Shown here: positions 1 to 10,040 of the stretch, in pieces
Numbering within the stretch: the first letter of the stretch is position 1
How the letters are laid out: the number at the start of each line of letters is the position of its first letter
Assembly (NCBI GenBank): GCA_965279515.1
Contig: CBDIID010000003.1
Coordinates: 3,008,001-3,072,000 of the forward strand
Reading direction: 5' to 3'
Source of the DNA: Turneriella sp.
Lineage (GTDB): Bacteria; Spirochaetota; Leptospiria; Turneriellales; Turneriellaceae
Length of the DNA: 64,000 nucleotides
Notes under the pieces: model-generated
Told to the model about the DNA's origin: nothing
What the model saw: only the letters and a program-made list of their open reading frames with translations
The model's database searches: none
Program-made: the position numbers and the translations under genes

Positions 1-1583
1 CGAAACTCCTGAGGCGTCTCACCGGCAATGCGCTTAAACTCACGGTTGAAGGCGTTCTTAGACCCGAAACCCGTTTCAAACGCGATATCCAGCACAGTTC
101 TGTTGGGATCTTTAATGAGCAGTGATTTTGCCTCTTCCACGCGATATGCATTCGTATAGTATGTAAAACTTTGCTTTCGATGCGCGTTCACAAGTTCTGA
201 CAGTTGGTGCCGTGAGAGACCGAGTTGTTCTGCCGCTTTCTCGAGATTAAACGCGTCGTCATGGTAGGGTTTCTCGTTTGCCATGAACGCCTCGAGCTCT
301 GTGAGTTTCTCTGTAATGTTTACAGCCTCGAGCTTCGATCTGTAATATTGCGCTCCTTCCTTAGAAGAGCGAAACGCACTGCCGCGCAGGTTTTCTGCTC
401 TTTCTTCGATAAGATCCCGATACTTCTGAAAAAGATTGAAGAGCAAAAAAAACAAATCCACAGGTAATGCGAAAACCAGGCCGTACTTGATGATTGGCGA
501 ATAGGAAAGGATACCTGCCAGGTAGGCTGCGAAAGGATAACCGACAATGAAAAAGATACTCCAGCTCAGGACAAAGAACAATACTTGCCTGCCGACCTTG
601 AAATAGATGCGGATTCCCGCGATCAGGAACAAGGGAACCGCAATCAGGTAGATCACCGAACTCACACCTGCAAAAAAGCGGTTCGTTGTAGTCACAAGTA
701 CGCCGATCGCGCACATGGCCGAAACCAGGGAAAAAAACAGGAAAATCTTATCGATAACTGGGGTATGTTTGCGTGTGCCCAGAAAAACGCGCGCAAACTG
801 AAACGAGAGAGGAATGGCGAGTGCGACAAAGAACAGGTTGGCGCGACTTTGCCACCAAATTGCTTCTGGCCAGAAATAATGAAAGGCATTGCCATGGTTG
901 GCGTTAATCCACATGGTTTGGCTCAAGACATACCCCGCGTAGAGAATAAACTCGGGCAGGCGAAAAACCCAGAATTGAAACAGTGCAATGAGAAACATCA
1001 CTAAGCAGAGCCCGAGAATTAACCAATTGATGGCCGCCTCTAATAGAATTTCGCGCAAGAATTCCGATTCTGAAAGCGAATAGATGGGAAAAGAAATCAG
1101 CGAAGCGGATTGAATACGAATATAGAAGTAAGTATCCTGTGTCGGCTTGTGTCCCGGAATGCGGAAAGCCGGATCTAAGGATTCTGGTACAGCCCAGAAT
1201 CGTTTAGGTACGGTATCACCGGTTTTATGTTCTTCGTAGCCACCTTTGTCATCGGGATAAAACAAAATTGCCGAATCGAGCACCTTCGAAGGCAGCGTCA
1301 GAATGCGCCCTGGGGCAAATGCCGGATCACCCGTTTTTCCCCTGAGCCAGATAATATCCTTCGTGAACTGAAAATTCATGCTCGGTTTCTCAAACCGCTG
1401 CCATGCCGGTGCCGAACGTACGTCTTCAATGCCGAGATTTTGCGTAGCATCCCTCAAAAATTCGAAGCGTGTCGTAGAAGTCAGCTTCGCAGGTTCAGTT
1501 TCGGGCAGGGCATTGAGGGGTAGGCCTGTTAAGCCCAGACAGAAGATCAGGATCAGCGGCTTCGCGGTTAGGTAGTCGGGCAC
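1..1583 (-). CDS. 7TM-DISM sensor / AraC-family transcriptional regulator (runs off left edge; start codon approximate)
   Basis: Not in the ORF track because its stop lies outside the window. Manual minus-strand translation gives the C-terminal AraC HTH2 motif TVLDIAFETGFGSKNAFNREFKRIAGETPQEFR. The same frame at the 5' end gives a signal-like segment (KPLILIFCLGLTGLPLNA) after GTG 1583 (alternative TTG 1607). Paralogous to 10074..11669. Confidence 0.85.
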   Translation of the reverse strand, partial: MPDYLTAKPLILIFCLGLTGLPLNALPETEPAKLTSTTRFEFLRDATQNLGIEDVRSAPAWQRFEKPSMNFQFTKDIIWLRGKTGDPAFAPGRILTLPSKVLDSAILFYPDDKGGYEEHKTGDTVPKRFWAVPESLDPAFRIPGHKPTQDTYFYIRIQSASLISFPIYSLSESEFLREILLEAAINWLILGLCLVMFLIALFQFWVFRLPEFILYAGYVLSQTMWINANHGNAFHYFWPEAIWWQSRANLFFVALAIPLSFQFARVFLGTRKHTPVIDKIFLFFSLVSAMCAIGVLVTTTNRFFAGVSSVIYLIAVPLFLIAGIRIYFKVGRQVLFFVLSWSIFFIVGYPFAAYLAGILSYSPIIKYGLVFALPVDLFFLLFNLFQKYRDLIEERAENLRGSAFRSSKEGAQYYRSKLEAVNITEKLTELEAFMANEKPYHDDAFNLEKAAEQLGLSRHQLSELVNAHRKQSFTYYTNAYRVEEAKSLLIKDPNRTVLDIAFETGFGSKNAFNREFKRIAGETPQEF

Positions 1584-1726
1584 GGCTGCGCCGAGTGCGC
1601 AGTCCAAATTACTGTGTCACGCAGAAACGGGTTACCTGAGCAAACCGCCATGTTTATTGAACCTTTAAGTAAGCCAATAGGCAGGCAAAAATTGGAGAAG
1701 CCTGTGCTGCAATAAAAAAAATATTC

Positions 1727-2950
1727 TCATTTTGCGCAGCGCGCACGCATCGCCGTGCCCGTTGAAGATGACCAGGTAATCTGGCTGTTCGAATAATCCA
1801 TGATAAAATTGCCGACATTGTTCCAGCCATAAAAACAACAATTGACCAAGCCCCATGACTGGGCAGCTTCGCGCGTCCAGTATTGCCCGCTGAAGTTTGC
1901 GGGGAAAAGCGCATTCACCGACGGTGCTGCGTAGTTGCCGGCACCGCAGTTTCCAATCTCCGTTAGACCACTGTTTTGGGATGTTGGATATGTCTTGTCG
2001 CTGCAGTGTAGGGTCAAGTGCGCCTGGTAGATCTGCGACTGCAGATTCCAGCCCGACCCGATTGCATTGCAGGCCGTGTTCGCAGCGGCAACGGAATAGG
2101 TACCGGGGCTGCCCGAGCAGGTGTTCGTCGCCGCTTGCCAGGTTTGCCCTAAACTGCATTTCTGGAAGATCACGGTCATTCCCGGAGTATAACCCGGTGG
2201 CGGTGTCGATGAAGAAAGCAAATAAGAAACAGTTCCGTCGCCGTTATCGGTCGCCGTCGCCCACGAATAGACTACCTTGCCGAAAGCCAGTGTGACAGAG
2301 GTTGAAGCTGTCTGTACACCGTCTGAGGCCGTCATGGTATATGTCGTGGGGCCCGTCACCGCGGGGGTGGCTCCGGAAATCGCGCACGTCGCATTGTTCA
2401 ATGAAATGCCTGCGGGCAATGAGGGGCTTATCGAACACGAAACGATTGGGGTAAGGGATGTTGGTGTGATCGGAGTGATGGCTGCTATGATGGCGCTGTC
2501 GTAGCTTGCCTGGGCAAACGCTAACGTTGAATTTACAATCAAGTTGATACTCGCCTGCGCCGATCCATATTCATTTTTTGCTGAAATTGTGTGCAGCGTC
2601 GCCAGCTGGGAAACTGTTGGTGTTCCCGACAAGGCACAGGTTTTTGGATTTAAGGATAACCCGCCCGGCAGCGCGGGGCTCGCCGAGCAGCTTTCGACTG
2701 TGCCTGAAAACGATGCCGTGACTGGCGGCAGCGCTGAATTCACGGTGAGCACGAGATCGTTTGCCGAAAGCACCAGGTTTTTGGGTTTGAGCTTGTCGGC
2801 GATATAATCCTGGGTATTTTCCCGGCCCGTGGTGGCGCTGGTGCAGGCGAAGAGCGACGCAGCTAATAGCCCGGCAGCCGCAGGGAATATGACGTGGCAG
2901 TTTTTCCTTAGCAACTGAGCCCCCTTTCGATTCGTGAATTCACTAGTCAT
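1727..2950 (-). CDS. Lipoprotein with putative Ig (He_PIG-like) repeats and C-terminal DUF1566/Lcl-like domain
   Basis: Lipobox LLAASLFA-C; two SPALPxGLSLNxxTCAxSG Ig-like repeats; DNGDGTV..FQKCSLGQ..YWT..RARC Lcl-type motif. Start moved to ATG 2950 to avoid overlap with the upstream gene. Confidence 0.8.
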   Translation of the reverse strand: MTSEFTNRKGAQLLRKNCHVIFPAAAGLLAASLFACTSATTGRENTQDYIADKLKPKNLVLSANDLVLTVNSALPPVTASFSGTVESCSASPALPGGLSLNPKTCALSGTPTVSQLATLHTISAKNEYGSAQASINLIVNSTLAFAQASYDSAIIAAITPITPTSLTPIVSCSISPSLPAGISLNNATCAISGATPAVTGPTTYTMTASDGVQTASTSVTLAFGKVVYSWATATDNGDGTVSYLLSSSTPPPGYTPGMTVIFQKCSLGQTWQAATNTCSGSPGTYSVAAANTACNAIGSGWNLQSQIYQAHLTLHCSDKTYPTSQNSGLTEIGNCGAGNYAAPSVNALFPANFSGQYWTREAAQSWGLVNCCFYGWNNVGNFIMDYSNSQITWSSSTGTAMRARCAK

Positions 2951-2955
2951 TTGTA

Positions 2956-4170
2956 TTACGGCCCTGTGGCAATGCAGCGCACATGGTAGACCCAGCCGCC
3001 GCCTGTCGTGGCAGCAGACCATATGCCTGCCTGCGCGCTGGCGTTTAGGGCAAAGCTAATCCAGTAGGTAAATGAAGTCAACGGTGGCACGTTGATGTTG
3101 ATGCTATCGCTGGCCCAATAGCGCCCACAGTGCCCGCTGCTACAGGCGGCGGTAATCTCCGTATTGGGAAAAAGGGAATTGACTGACGGAGCGCTGCCGT
3201 TACCAGCACCACAGCCACTTGCACCATAGCTGACTTTGGATTTGTTAGTGCAATGAACCATGGCCGACAGTTCTAATCCCGTAGGCATGCGCCAGCTTCC
3301 GCTGCCTCTGCCCGCAAAACTCAGCGTGCCACAGTTTCCACCAAAGACGCCATAGACACCGGCGCCATATGTCGGGGCTGTGCCGGTGCCCGTACAGTCA
3401 TTGGTTGCTGAGTTCCATGCCTGACCCTGGCTGCATTTCATGAAAACCAGATTCATACCGGCATACCCATCCGCTGTTCCCGTGAATGAAACTGTTCCAT
3501 TCATGTTGTCGCGAAAGCAACCGCGCAAATAACATTCATCGACGCGTATGTTAATGGTTGCGGATGCACTGCCTAAGGCATTGCTTGCAGTGATTGTATA
3601 ATCGACCGGATTCTGGTAATTCGTTGCCGTGCCCGTGATTGCGCAGGTCGTATTATTCAAAGACAGGCCCGCGGGTAGTGCCGGGGTGGATGAACACGAG
3701 GTGACGGTTCCGTTTACGGTTGGCGTAATGGTCCCGACGGATGAGTAATTGGAAAAGGTGAAGGGATTTCCGGCATAGGCGAGATTTGAAGGCGGCGGAA
3801 TATAGATGCGGATGCCGATTTCGGTCGAGGAGAAACCAAAGTCGTTACTGCCTGTAATCGTATATTTGACTTCAGCCTGCGCTGTCAGTGGTGTACCCGA
3901 AATGGCGCAGGTCTCGGCGTTCAATGTCAAACCTGCGGGTAGTGCCGGAGAACTCACGCAACGAGTCAGGCCCTTGCGAACAGAAACGGAAGGAACCTGA
4001 GCCGTGACAGCGATACCCTCGTAAAACGTGACGGTACTTTGATCGTACTGAAGATTTGCGGGTGCAAATCCATCGACGTAATTTTGCATATTTTCACGCC
4101 CTGTGTTTGCGTTCACGCAGGCACCCAGCAGCGCGATGGTGGCGCAAATGATAGATCTGTAAGCTACCAT
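2956..4170 (-). CDS. Lipoprotein with putative Ig repeats and C-terminal DUF1566/Lcl-like domain
   Basis: Lipobox ALLGA-C; two PALPAGL(T/S)LN..TCAI repeats; FRDNMNGTV..FMKCSQGQ..WRMPT..EL..YW..VRC motif. Paralog of 1727..2950. Confidence 0.85.
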   Translation of the reverse strand: MVAYRSIICATIALLGACVNANTGRENMQNYVDGFAPANLQYDQSTVTFYEGIAVTAQVPSVSVRKGLTRCVSSPALPAGLTLNAETCAISGTPLTAQAEVKYTITGSNDFGFSSTEIGIRIYIPPPSNLAYAGNPFTFSNYSSVGTITPTVNGTVTSCSSTPALPAGLSLNNTTCAITGTATNYQNPVDYTITASNALGSASATINIRVDECYLRGCFRDNMNGTVSFTGTADGYAGMNLVFMKCSQGQAWNSATNDCTGTGTAPTYGAGVYGVFGGNCGTLSFAGRGSGSWRMPTGLELSAMVHCTNKSKVSYGASGCGAGNGSAPSVNSLFPNTEITAACSSGHCGRYWASDSININVPPLTSFTYWISFALNASAQAGIWSAATTGGGWVYHVRCIATGP

Positions 4171-6131
4171 ACCCTTACTCCTAACTGCAAGCCTACGGAA
4201 TGCTGTAAAATATACGGTTCGCTCGGAATGTAAACAAAATCCGCATGGTAGCGGATGCCCGCCTGCAAGCGTTCGCCCAATTCATAGTAGCAGTTGATAC
4301 CCGCAATCGCCCCGGGGCCGATCGTGCTCAATAGGTTGATCGGTGCCGAAGAGCGCAGCGACACGTAGCGCGCACCCACACCACCAAAGGCAACGAGACG
4401 GGTCTTTTCCAGGAAACTTCCCGGTAACCGAAAGGGATATCCCGCAAGCGCGTTGAGGCCAATGCCGTGGTAAGAGAGCGTATGTCCCGATTCGACAAAG
4501 ATACCCCTGCTCGTGTATAAATCCGCCGTGCCCTGAAAGTATGTATACGTGGCCTCGCCGCCGACGAGAATATTGTAGCGCAGATAATATTTTGCCCAGT
4601 AACCGGCCGTGACCGAGAAGCGGCCCGAAAGTGCGTTGAGCGGAAAACTCGCATCGGGCCGCAGGTTTTCGGCGCGGGCGTTGTTCCCCTGCATGATCGG
4701 GTAACTTCCCGAAACGGTCAGCCAATGCTGCAGCTTCGGCATGCAGTAGAGGCGCAGTGACACGGCTTTCCCCGAGACGCGCGCCGGGGGGCTTACAAAA
4801 TCACATTGCTGCGGCGGTTGCGCGGGCAGCTTCGTGATCTGCAGGCGCAAGGGTTCGAAATCTTCGAGCGTGTCGGGAAAACGAAACGCCGCATTTTCGC
4901 TGAGAGTGACAGCTTCTGCGTCGCCGAGTTTCACGGCAACCTCACCGCCCTTGAGGCCCTCGACTGTGCCCGCGACGGCATAACGCTTCGTGATGCAGAC
5001 GGCAGTCGCATGGTTGATGCCGGTAATCGTCGTCTTACCCGAGCCGTTGACCACAAAGCAGCGCTGCGAAGGTTTTACCGGTTCTTCGGCGAGTGTAAAA
5101 TCATAGGCCGCACCGAGTGCGACCTCGCTGCCGAAGGCGAGCTCGCCATTGGCGGATGTTTCGCGTTTCTTGAGGCCGGCGTATTCGATGTTGAGATCTT
5201 TTCCCTTGAGGCCTTCAACCTGAATCTTCGCGTCGAATTTCCAGGTGCGGATAAACCCCGCGACGAGCTGCGCGGCAGCGGCAAGCGCGGCGTCTTCTGT
5301 TTCGCCTTCGCCGGTGAATGACACGAGCGCCGCCGGCTTCAGCGGCGAATAGAGTTGTACTTCGGTTGAGAATTTTTCCCCGGCTTTGGAGGTACGGGCG
5401 ATGATTGCGTAGGCCGCATGGTCGGCGCGCATGAGTTCGGCGGCGAGGCGCGCCTGCTCCTCTTTCGTGCCCGGCAGCGGTGCTGTAAGCGGCTGATAAT
5501 TAAAATCTCGCGTATCGGGGTCGGCAAGAATCGATGTAATTTTTGCGCCGATGCCTTTTACCTGCGTTTCGGCATAAAAGAGCAGGCGCGGCGCAAAGGG
5601 AATGAAGAGCGCGGGCTTGTGTGCTCCCGCAGGTTTACCCTTTCCCATGCGCGCGACCGATGCGGCAGCCGATTTATCGACGGCGGGAAAAAGCTGGCTG
5701 CTGTCGATCGAGGCCGGTTGCCGCGCGAGCACCTCGAGGCTGTTGTTCTTTGCGTAGTAGAGCTGTGACTCGATCACGAGCGCCTCGCCGCCAGAAGGAG
5801 AAAAACTGCCGCCAAGTACAATATCCGCTCCCGTGAGTGCCGAGAACACCTGGTAGCGCATCTTGCCGGCAACCTTGTACTCCGCAATCAGCTCGAGTGC
5901 CTTTGTGGTCTTCTCTTCGGCAACATCGGTGTACTGGTAGTGGCGGCGCAGTTCGTTCTTGTAGCTGTCGACGAACAGGTTCGATATCCAGTCGACATTG
6001 GGGTTGGGGGTGCGGTTTTCGAACGGGAGAATGGCCACTTTGAGTAGGCTGTCAAAATTCTGGGCGCTGAGAGGATAAAAAAGCCCGCAAATAGCTAATA
6101 AGATCAGAAAAACCTTACGCGGAGGGCGCAT
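4164..6131 (-). CDS. Exported protein: CsgG/TolB-N-like domain, two Ig-like repeats, probable C-terminal outer-membrane beta-barrel
   Basis: Signal peptide; KVAILPFEN..W motif; YAVAGTVEGLKGG-type Ig repeats with Cys pairs; amphipathic C-terminal strands ending VGLQLGVRVW. Confidence 0.7.
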   Translation of the reverse strand: MRPPRKVFLILLAICGLFYPLSAQNFDSLLKVAILPFENRTPNPNVDWISNLFVDSYKNELRRHYQYTDVAEEKTTKALELIAEYKVAGKMRYQVFSALTGADIVLGGSFSPSGGEALVIESQLYYAKNNSLEVLARQPASIDSSQLFPAVDKSAAASVARMGKGKPAGAHKPALFIPFAPRLLFYAETQVKGIGAKITSILADPDTRDFNYQPLTAPLPGTKEEQARLAAELMRADHAAYAIIARTSKAGEKFSTEVQLYSPLKPAALVSFTGEGETEDAALAAAAQLVAGFIRTWKFDAKIQVEGLKGKDLNIEYAGLKKRETSANGELAFGSEVALGAAYDFTLAEEPVKPSQRCFVVNGSGKTTITGINHATAVCITKRYAVAGTVEGLKGGEVAVKLGDAEAVTLSENAAFRFPDTLEDFEPLRLQITKLPAQPPQQCDFVSPPARVSGKAVSLRLYCMPKLQHWLTVSGSYPIMQGNNARAENLRPDASFPLNALSGRFSVTAGYWAKYYLRYNILVGGEATYTYFQGTADLYTSRGIFVESGHTLSYHGIGLNALAGYPFRLPGSFLEKTRLVAFGGVGARYVSLRSSAPINLLSTIGPGAIAGINCYYELGERLQAGIRYHADFVYIPSEPYILQHSVGLQLGVRVW

Positions 6132-6164
6132 TTTGCATCCTCCTCATAACCGAAATCCGTGCTT

Positions 6165-6197
6165 TTGTCGACTCAAATGATCATTTAAGACCCTTTT
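6165..6197. promoter_or_regulatory. Palindromic operator-like motif, copy 1
   Basis: ttgtcgactcaaatgatcatttaagaccctttt, 29/33 identical to 10041..10073; dyad centred on aatgatcatt; directly upstream of gene 4164..6131. Confidence 0.7.
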
Positions 6198-8572
6198 TCC
6201 GCAAATATCGGCCGCTGGGCAAGCCACTGCGGTACCTTCGATCTCTCCAAATAAGCCTCAGCGATACTCTGGCGTCCGAAGACATAAGGACGGCCTTGGA
6301 TGTGCATGTTTCTCACCCACTGCTCCCTGCCTGCCCCGCCGACCTCAAAAGCCACCGAATTTCCGAAAAGGCCGCTCGCTACGTTATCAGGGTTTTGTAT
6401 GACCGTGCAGTCGGGTGGCCCGCTGCAAAAATACGGCGTGGCATTCTCATCATGCCTGGTGATACCCGTAGCAGAACCATAGAAAACATAGGCAGCACCT
6501 TTCGTTGCTGCACCGGCAGTTTGGCCGCCTGCGGCGGAGGTACCGTTGTTCTGCTTGGCCCCGACGAACACATCGGGATAACCATCGCCATTCACATCAC
6601 CCGCAAACGCGACCGCGAAGCCGAAATTGCCGGTCGAGTTATCGGGGTTCTGTATGACCGTGCAATCGGGCGGGCCGCTGCAATAGTAGGGAGTCGCATT
6701 CTCGTCATGCTTTGTGATGCCTGAAGCAGAACCGTAGAAGATATAGGCTGCACCCTTGTTGGGATTTCCCGGAGTCTGCCCGCCAGCGGAATTCGCACCA
6801 TTGTTACCGAATGCCCCAACGATGACGTCGCTATAGCCGTCGCCGTTGACGTCACCGGCAAAGGCAACGGAGTTTCCGTAAAATGCCGAGATTCGGTCGT
6901 CTGGGTTTTGTATGACAGTACAATCGGGGGGGCCGCTGCAGTAGTAGGCTGTCATATTCTCGTGATGCTTTGTGATGCCCGAAGCGGAGCCATAGAATAG
7001 ATAAGCCGCACCCTTGTTTGTCTGACCTATGCCCTGCCCGCCAGTAGCACCTGCGCCGTTATTAAACGATGCCCCTACGATAACATCTGCATACCCATCA
7101 CCGTTCACGTCACCCGCATAAGCAACGGAAAAACCGAAGAAGCCGCCCGTTGCGTTATCGGGGTTTTGCACCACGGTGCAATCGGGTGGCCCGCTGCAGT
7201 AATACGCCGTCGCATTCTCGTCATGCTTTGTAATGCCTGAAGCAGAACCGTAGAAGATGTAGGCTGCCCCTTTGTTTGGAACACCGGCAGTTTGCCCACC
7301 AGCGGCATTCATACCGTAGTTTTGCTTGGCGCCAATGATAACATCTGCAAAGCCATCGCCATTCACATCACTGGCAAAGGCGACTGAATTTCCGAAAAAG
7401 CCGCTGGCCGCCGGGTTATCAGGATTTTGTATCACGGTGCAGTCCGGTGGCCCACTGCAGTAATACGCCGTCGCATTCTCGTCATGGTTAGTGATGCCTG
7501 CAGCAGAACCATAGAATATGTAGGATGCACCCTTGCCGGTCGCACCCGCGGTTTGTCCGCCAGCGGCATTGGAACCATTGTTTTGGTATGCGCCGATGAC
7601 GATATCGGCATAGCCGTCGCCATTCACATCGCCCGCAGAGGCTACGGAGTAACCGAAGAAACCCGCCGCGTTATCGGGATTTTGTACGACCGTGCAATCG
7701 GGCAGCCCGCTGCAATAATAGGGCGTGGCATTTTCGTCGTGCCGTGTGATGCCCGCCGCAGAACCATAAAACACATAGGCAGCCCCTTTATTCGTCGCAC
7801 CCACAATTTGACCACCTGCCGCACTCGAACCATTGTTCTGGTATGCTCCCACAACGATGTCGGCATAGCCATCGCCGTTGACATCGCCTGCAAAGCTTGC
7901 CGAGAATCCAAAAAGCCCGGCCGAATTATCGGGGTTTTGTATGACGGTGCAATCGGGTGGCCCGCTGCAATAATAGGGCGTCGCATTCTCTGCATGTCTT
8001 GTGACGCCCGCTGCCGACCCGTAAAATACATAGGCGGCGCCTTTGTTTCCTGCGCCGCTTGCGCTTTGCCCGCCCGCCGCAGAGGCTCCATTGTTTTGGG
8101 GTGCTCCGACGATGACATCGGCATAGCCATCGGCATTGACATCTTTGTTCGTTTGCCGGGTAAAAGTGACATTGACTGTATCGCTCTGCGTATTGCCATT
8201 CGCATCGAACGGGCGCAGTTTCAGCGTATGCTTCGACCCCACCTGCCAGCGGTCTTTCCCGGCCGCTGCCTCGGCGCCTGCGGGAATAAATAACCTCCAA
8301 GTTTGCCCGCTGACTATGGCCGACTTATAGGCGCCATCGTCGAACGAGCCCTTCACCTCGCTCGCACCGGCGGTCAAGGTTCCAGTGACAACTCCACTGT
8401 AGAGTTCCCCGGCATGGCCCGAAGTCACGTTCTTGAGATTCGTCAGCGTGAGACCGCTGCCAAATTTGTCGAGAAACGAAGCCGGGGTCGAGAATTTGCA
8501 GGTGGCGCATATTAACATAGTTGCGATCGATAATGCGACGCCGAAGACTCTACGGATCTTATGGGATGACAT
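6185..8572 (-). CDS. Exported FG-GAP (integrin-alpha-like) seven-repeat beta-propeller protein
   Basis: Seven DVNxDG(Y/F)xD..GA Ca-binding repeats of ~85 aa, each with H(D/A/H)EN..YYCSG(P/L)PDCTV(I/V)QNPD; N-terminal signal with possible lipobox. Confidence 0.9.
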   Translation of the reverse strand: MSSHKIRRVFGVALSIATMLICATCKFSTPASFLDKFGSGLTLTNLKNVTSGHAGELYSGVVTGTLTAGASEVKGSFDDGAYKSAIVSGQTWRLFIPAGAEAAAGKDRWQVGSKHTLKLRPFDANGNTQSDTVNVTFTRQTNKDVNADGYADVIVGAPQNNGASAAGGQSASGAGNKGAAYVFYGSAAGVTRHAENATPYYCSGPPDCTVIQNPDNSAGLFGFSASFAGDVNGDGYADIVVGAYQNNGSSAAGGQIVGATNKGAAYVFYGSAAGITRHDENATPYYCSGLPDCTVVQNPDNAAGFFGYSVASAGDVNGDGYADIVIGAYQNNGSNAAGGQTAGATGKGASYIFYGSAAGITNHDENATAYYCSGPPDCTVIQNPDNPAASGFFGNSVAFASDVNGDGFADVIIGAKQNYGMNAAGGQTAGVPNKGAAYIFYGSASGITKHDENATAYYCSGPPDCTVVQNPDNATGGFFGFSVAYAGDVNGDGYADVIVGASFNNGAGATGGQGIGQTNKGAAYLFYGSASGITKHHENMTAYYCSGPPDCTVIQNPDDRISAFYGNSVAFAGDVNGDGYSDVIVGAFGNNGANSAGGQTPGNPNKGAAYIFYGSASGITKHDENATPYYCSGPPDCTVIQNPDNSTGNFGFAVAFAGDVNGDGYPDVFVGAKQNNGTSAAGGQTAGAATKGAAYVFYGSATGITRHDENATPYFCSGPPDCTVIQNPDNVASGLFGNSVAFEVGGAGREQWVRNMHIQGRPYVFGRQSIAEAYLERSKVPQWLAQRPIFAEKGS

Positions 8573-10013
8573 ATTCGACTCCTAGACTCGCTCTGAAATA
8601 CGTGAGGTTCTGCCCCTGGTAAAGATAACTGCCGGCCATGAGGGATAACATGAGATGCCACGGAGATTTCTGCCCCAAACGATAAAATTGGTTGAGACCT
8701 ATCTCGGGGTTGATTGCCATGATGCTGTAGGCGCCAGAGCTCAGGTCGCGAAAAAAATTCTGGTATTGCACATAGACGCCGATCACCGGCGAAAGCGAAT
8801 AGCGCTTCCCGAAATCAAAGGGCCGGTCAAAACGCAATCCGCCACCGGCAGAGAAGAGATGGATTCTGCTCTTGGTCGGGTTATCTGCCAGGTATTGCGC
8901 GGCATCTCCGCTGCCATAAGTGAATTGTGTCGCCAAAGCCCAGCGCATCTTCGCCGGCAAGAATTGCCAGCGTCCCGGCAAAATTCCCGCTTCGAGGGTT
9001 GCATAGCCGCGCATCGCATCGAAGGTAAAGCCGCTGCCGGCAGTGAGCGCCGCGGGGTTTGACATACCCGCTACCGAAAGACTTGTCATGTACGGATACC
9101 CGGCTGTCACCCACCAGCGCGCCAAGACTGGCCCGCGCGGGTCGGGGTAATGCATACGCACCGTATACTTTATCGCATCGGGTTTTTCTGTGTATGCGAG
9201 GTTCAAAACCGGTTCCGTCGATTCGGCAACGCACTCTTCGCCGTTACATTTGAATCCGGTCGTCGTGATATGCGGATTAAGACGTTTACGCAGGTATTCA
9301 TAAGTAAAGCGGATGGTTTTATTTTCAGCCGCTTCTTCGTAATTCAGATATACATCATATTCGTAACGATCGATGTCAAATGCCGGTCGCAGTACGAGGT
9401 TCTTTATGCTCAACGAATCGAGAAAACCTTTAGGCGGATGTTCCAGGCGGTAAATGAGCAACTCGAGTTTGTTATCTCGCTTGAATTCGCTTGCATCGAG
9501 TGGTCGTAATTTCTGGTTCAGCTCATCGGAGATATTGAGCGCGAGTTTGCCCAGCGTGTCGAAAATTTCCCCACCGGTCGCGGTTTCCTCATTTTTCGTG
9601 ACCACGGAAATATCTTCGAGCGCGTCGACAGCTTCGGCCTCTATTCTGACCATTTGTTGCTGGTCTTTTTTCGACACAGAAAACCGGCCAATAACGGCAA
9701 CTTCGCAATTCAGGCGTTTGGCAAATGCCGCCGCATTCTGCGGCGTGAGGTTCGCAAACTGCATGCCGGCATCGATTTTGCGTAGCAGCGTGACATCCAA
9801 AACTTCATAGCGCTCCGTTTTCAAAAGTTCGGCCTTGAGATTGTCTGCCATCGAATCAGACATCCAGTTGAAGTTCTTGTTATTCTGCAGGTTATCGAAG
9901 GGGAGAACAAGGACGCGGCGCTTCAGGATTTCCGCTTCTGCCGCGGATATGCAAAATAAATAGAAAATCGCCAGAAAGCCGAATCGTGAAACCCGGATGC
10001 AATCCTTAGACAC
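8559..10013 (-). CDS. Exported protein: CsgG/TolB-N-like domain, cadherin-like segment, probable C-terminal beta-barrel
   Basis: RVLVLPFDN..NFNW motif shared with 4164..6131; LDSLSIKNLVLRPAFDIDRYEY segment; barrel-like region from WWVTAGYPY to ASLGVEYVIP. Confidence 0.7.
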   Translation of the reverse strand: MSKDCIRVSRFGFLAIFYLFCISAAEAEILKRRVLVLPFDNLQNNKNFNWMSDSMADNLKAELLKTERYEVLDVTLLRKIDAGMQFANLTPQNAAAFAKRLNCEVAVIGRFSVSKKDQQQMVRIEAEAVDALEDISVVTKNEETATGGEIFDTLGKLALNISDELNQKLRPLDASEFKRDNKLELLIYRLEHPPKGFLDSLSIKNLVLRPAFDIDRYEYDVYLNYEEAAENKTIRFTYEYLRKRLNPHITTTGFKCNGEECVAESTEPVLNLAYTEKPDAIKYTVRMHYPDPRGPVLARWWVTAGYPYMTSLSVAGMSNPAALTAGSGFTFDAMRGYATLEAGILPGRWQFLPAKMRWALATQFTYGSGDAAQYLADNPTKSRIHLFSAGGGLRFDRPFDFGKRYSLSPVIGVYVQYQNFFRDLSSGAYSIMAINPEIGLNQFYRLGQKSPWHLMLSLMAGSYLYQGQNLTYFRASLGVEYVIP

Positions 10014-10040
10014 CGGTTTTTATAACTGTTTTTGGGCATC

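Noticed and set aside
1727..4170. Diversity-generating retroelement acting on DUF1566 (C-type-lectin-like) domains, also 36385..37749
   Set aside because: No reverse transcriptase in the window and no near-identical template/variable repeat pair differing only at adenines was seen; the paralogs are simply diverged. A remote DGR cannot be excluded.
7427..8293. Long antisense and alternate-frame ORFs (e.g. 7427..8293, 44063..44911, 21812..22522, 13557..14183)
   Set aside because: They shadow well-supported genes on the other strand or frame and show no motifs; expected in GC-rich coding DNA.
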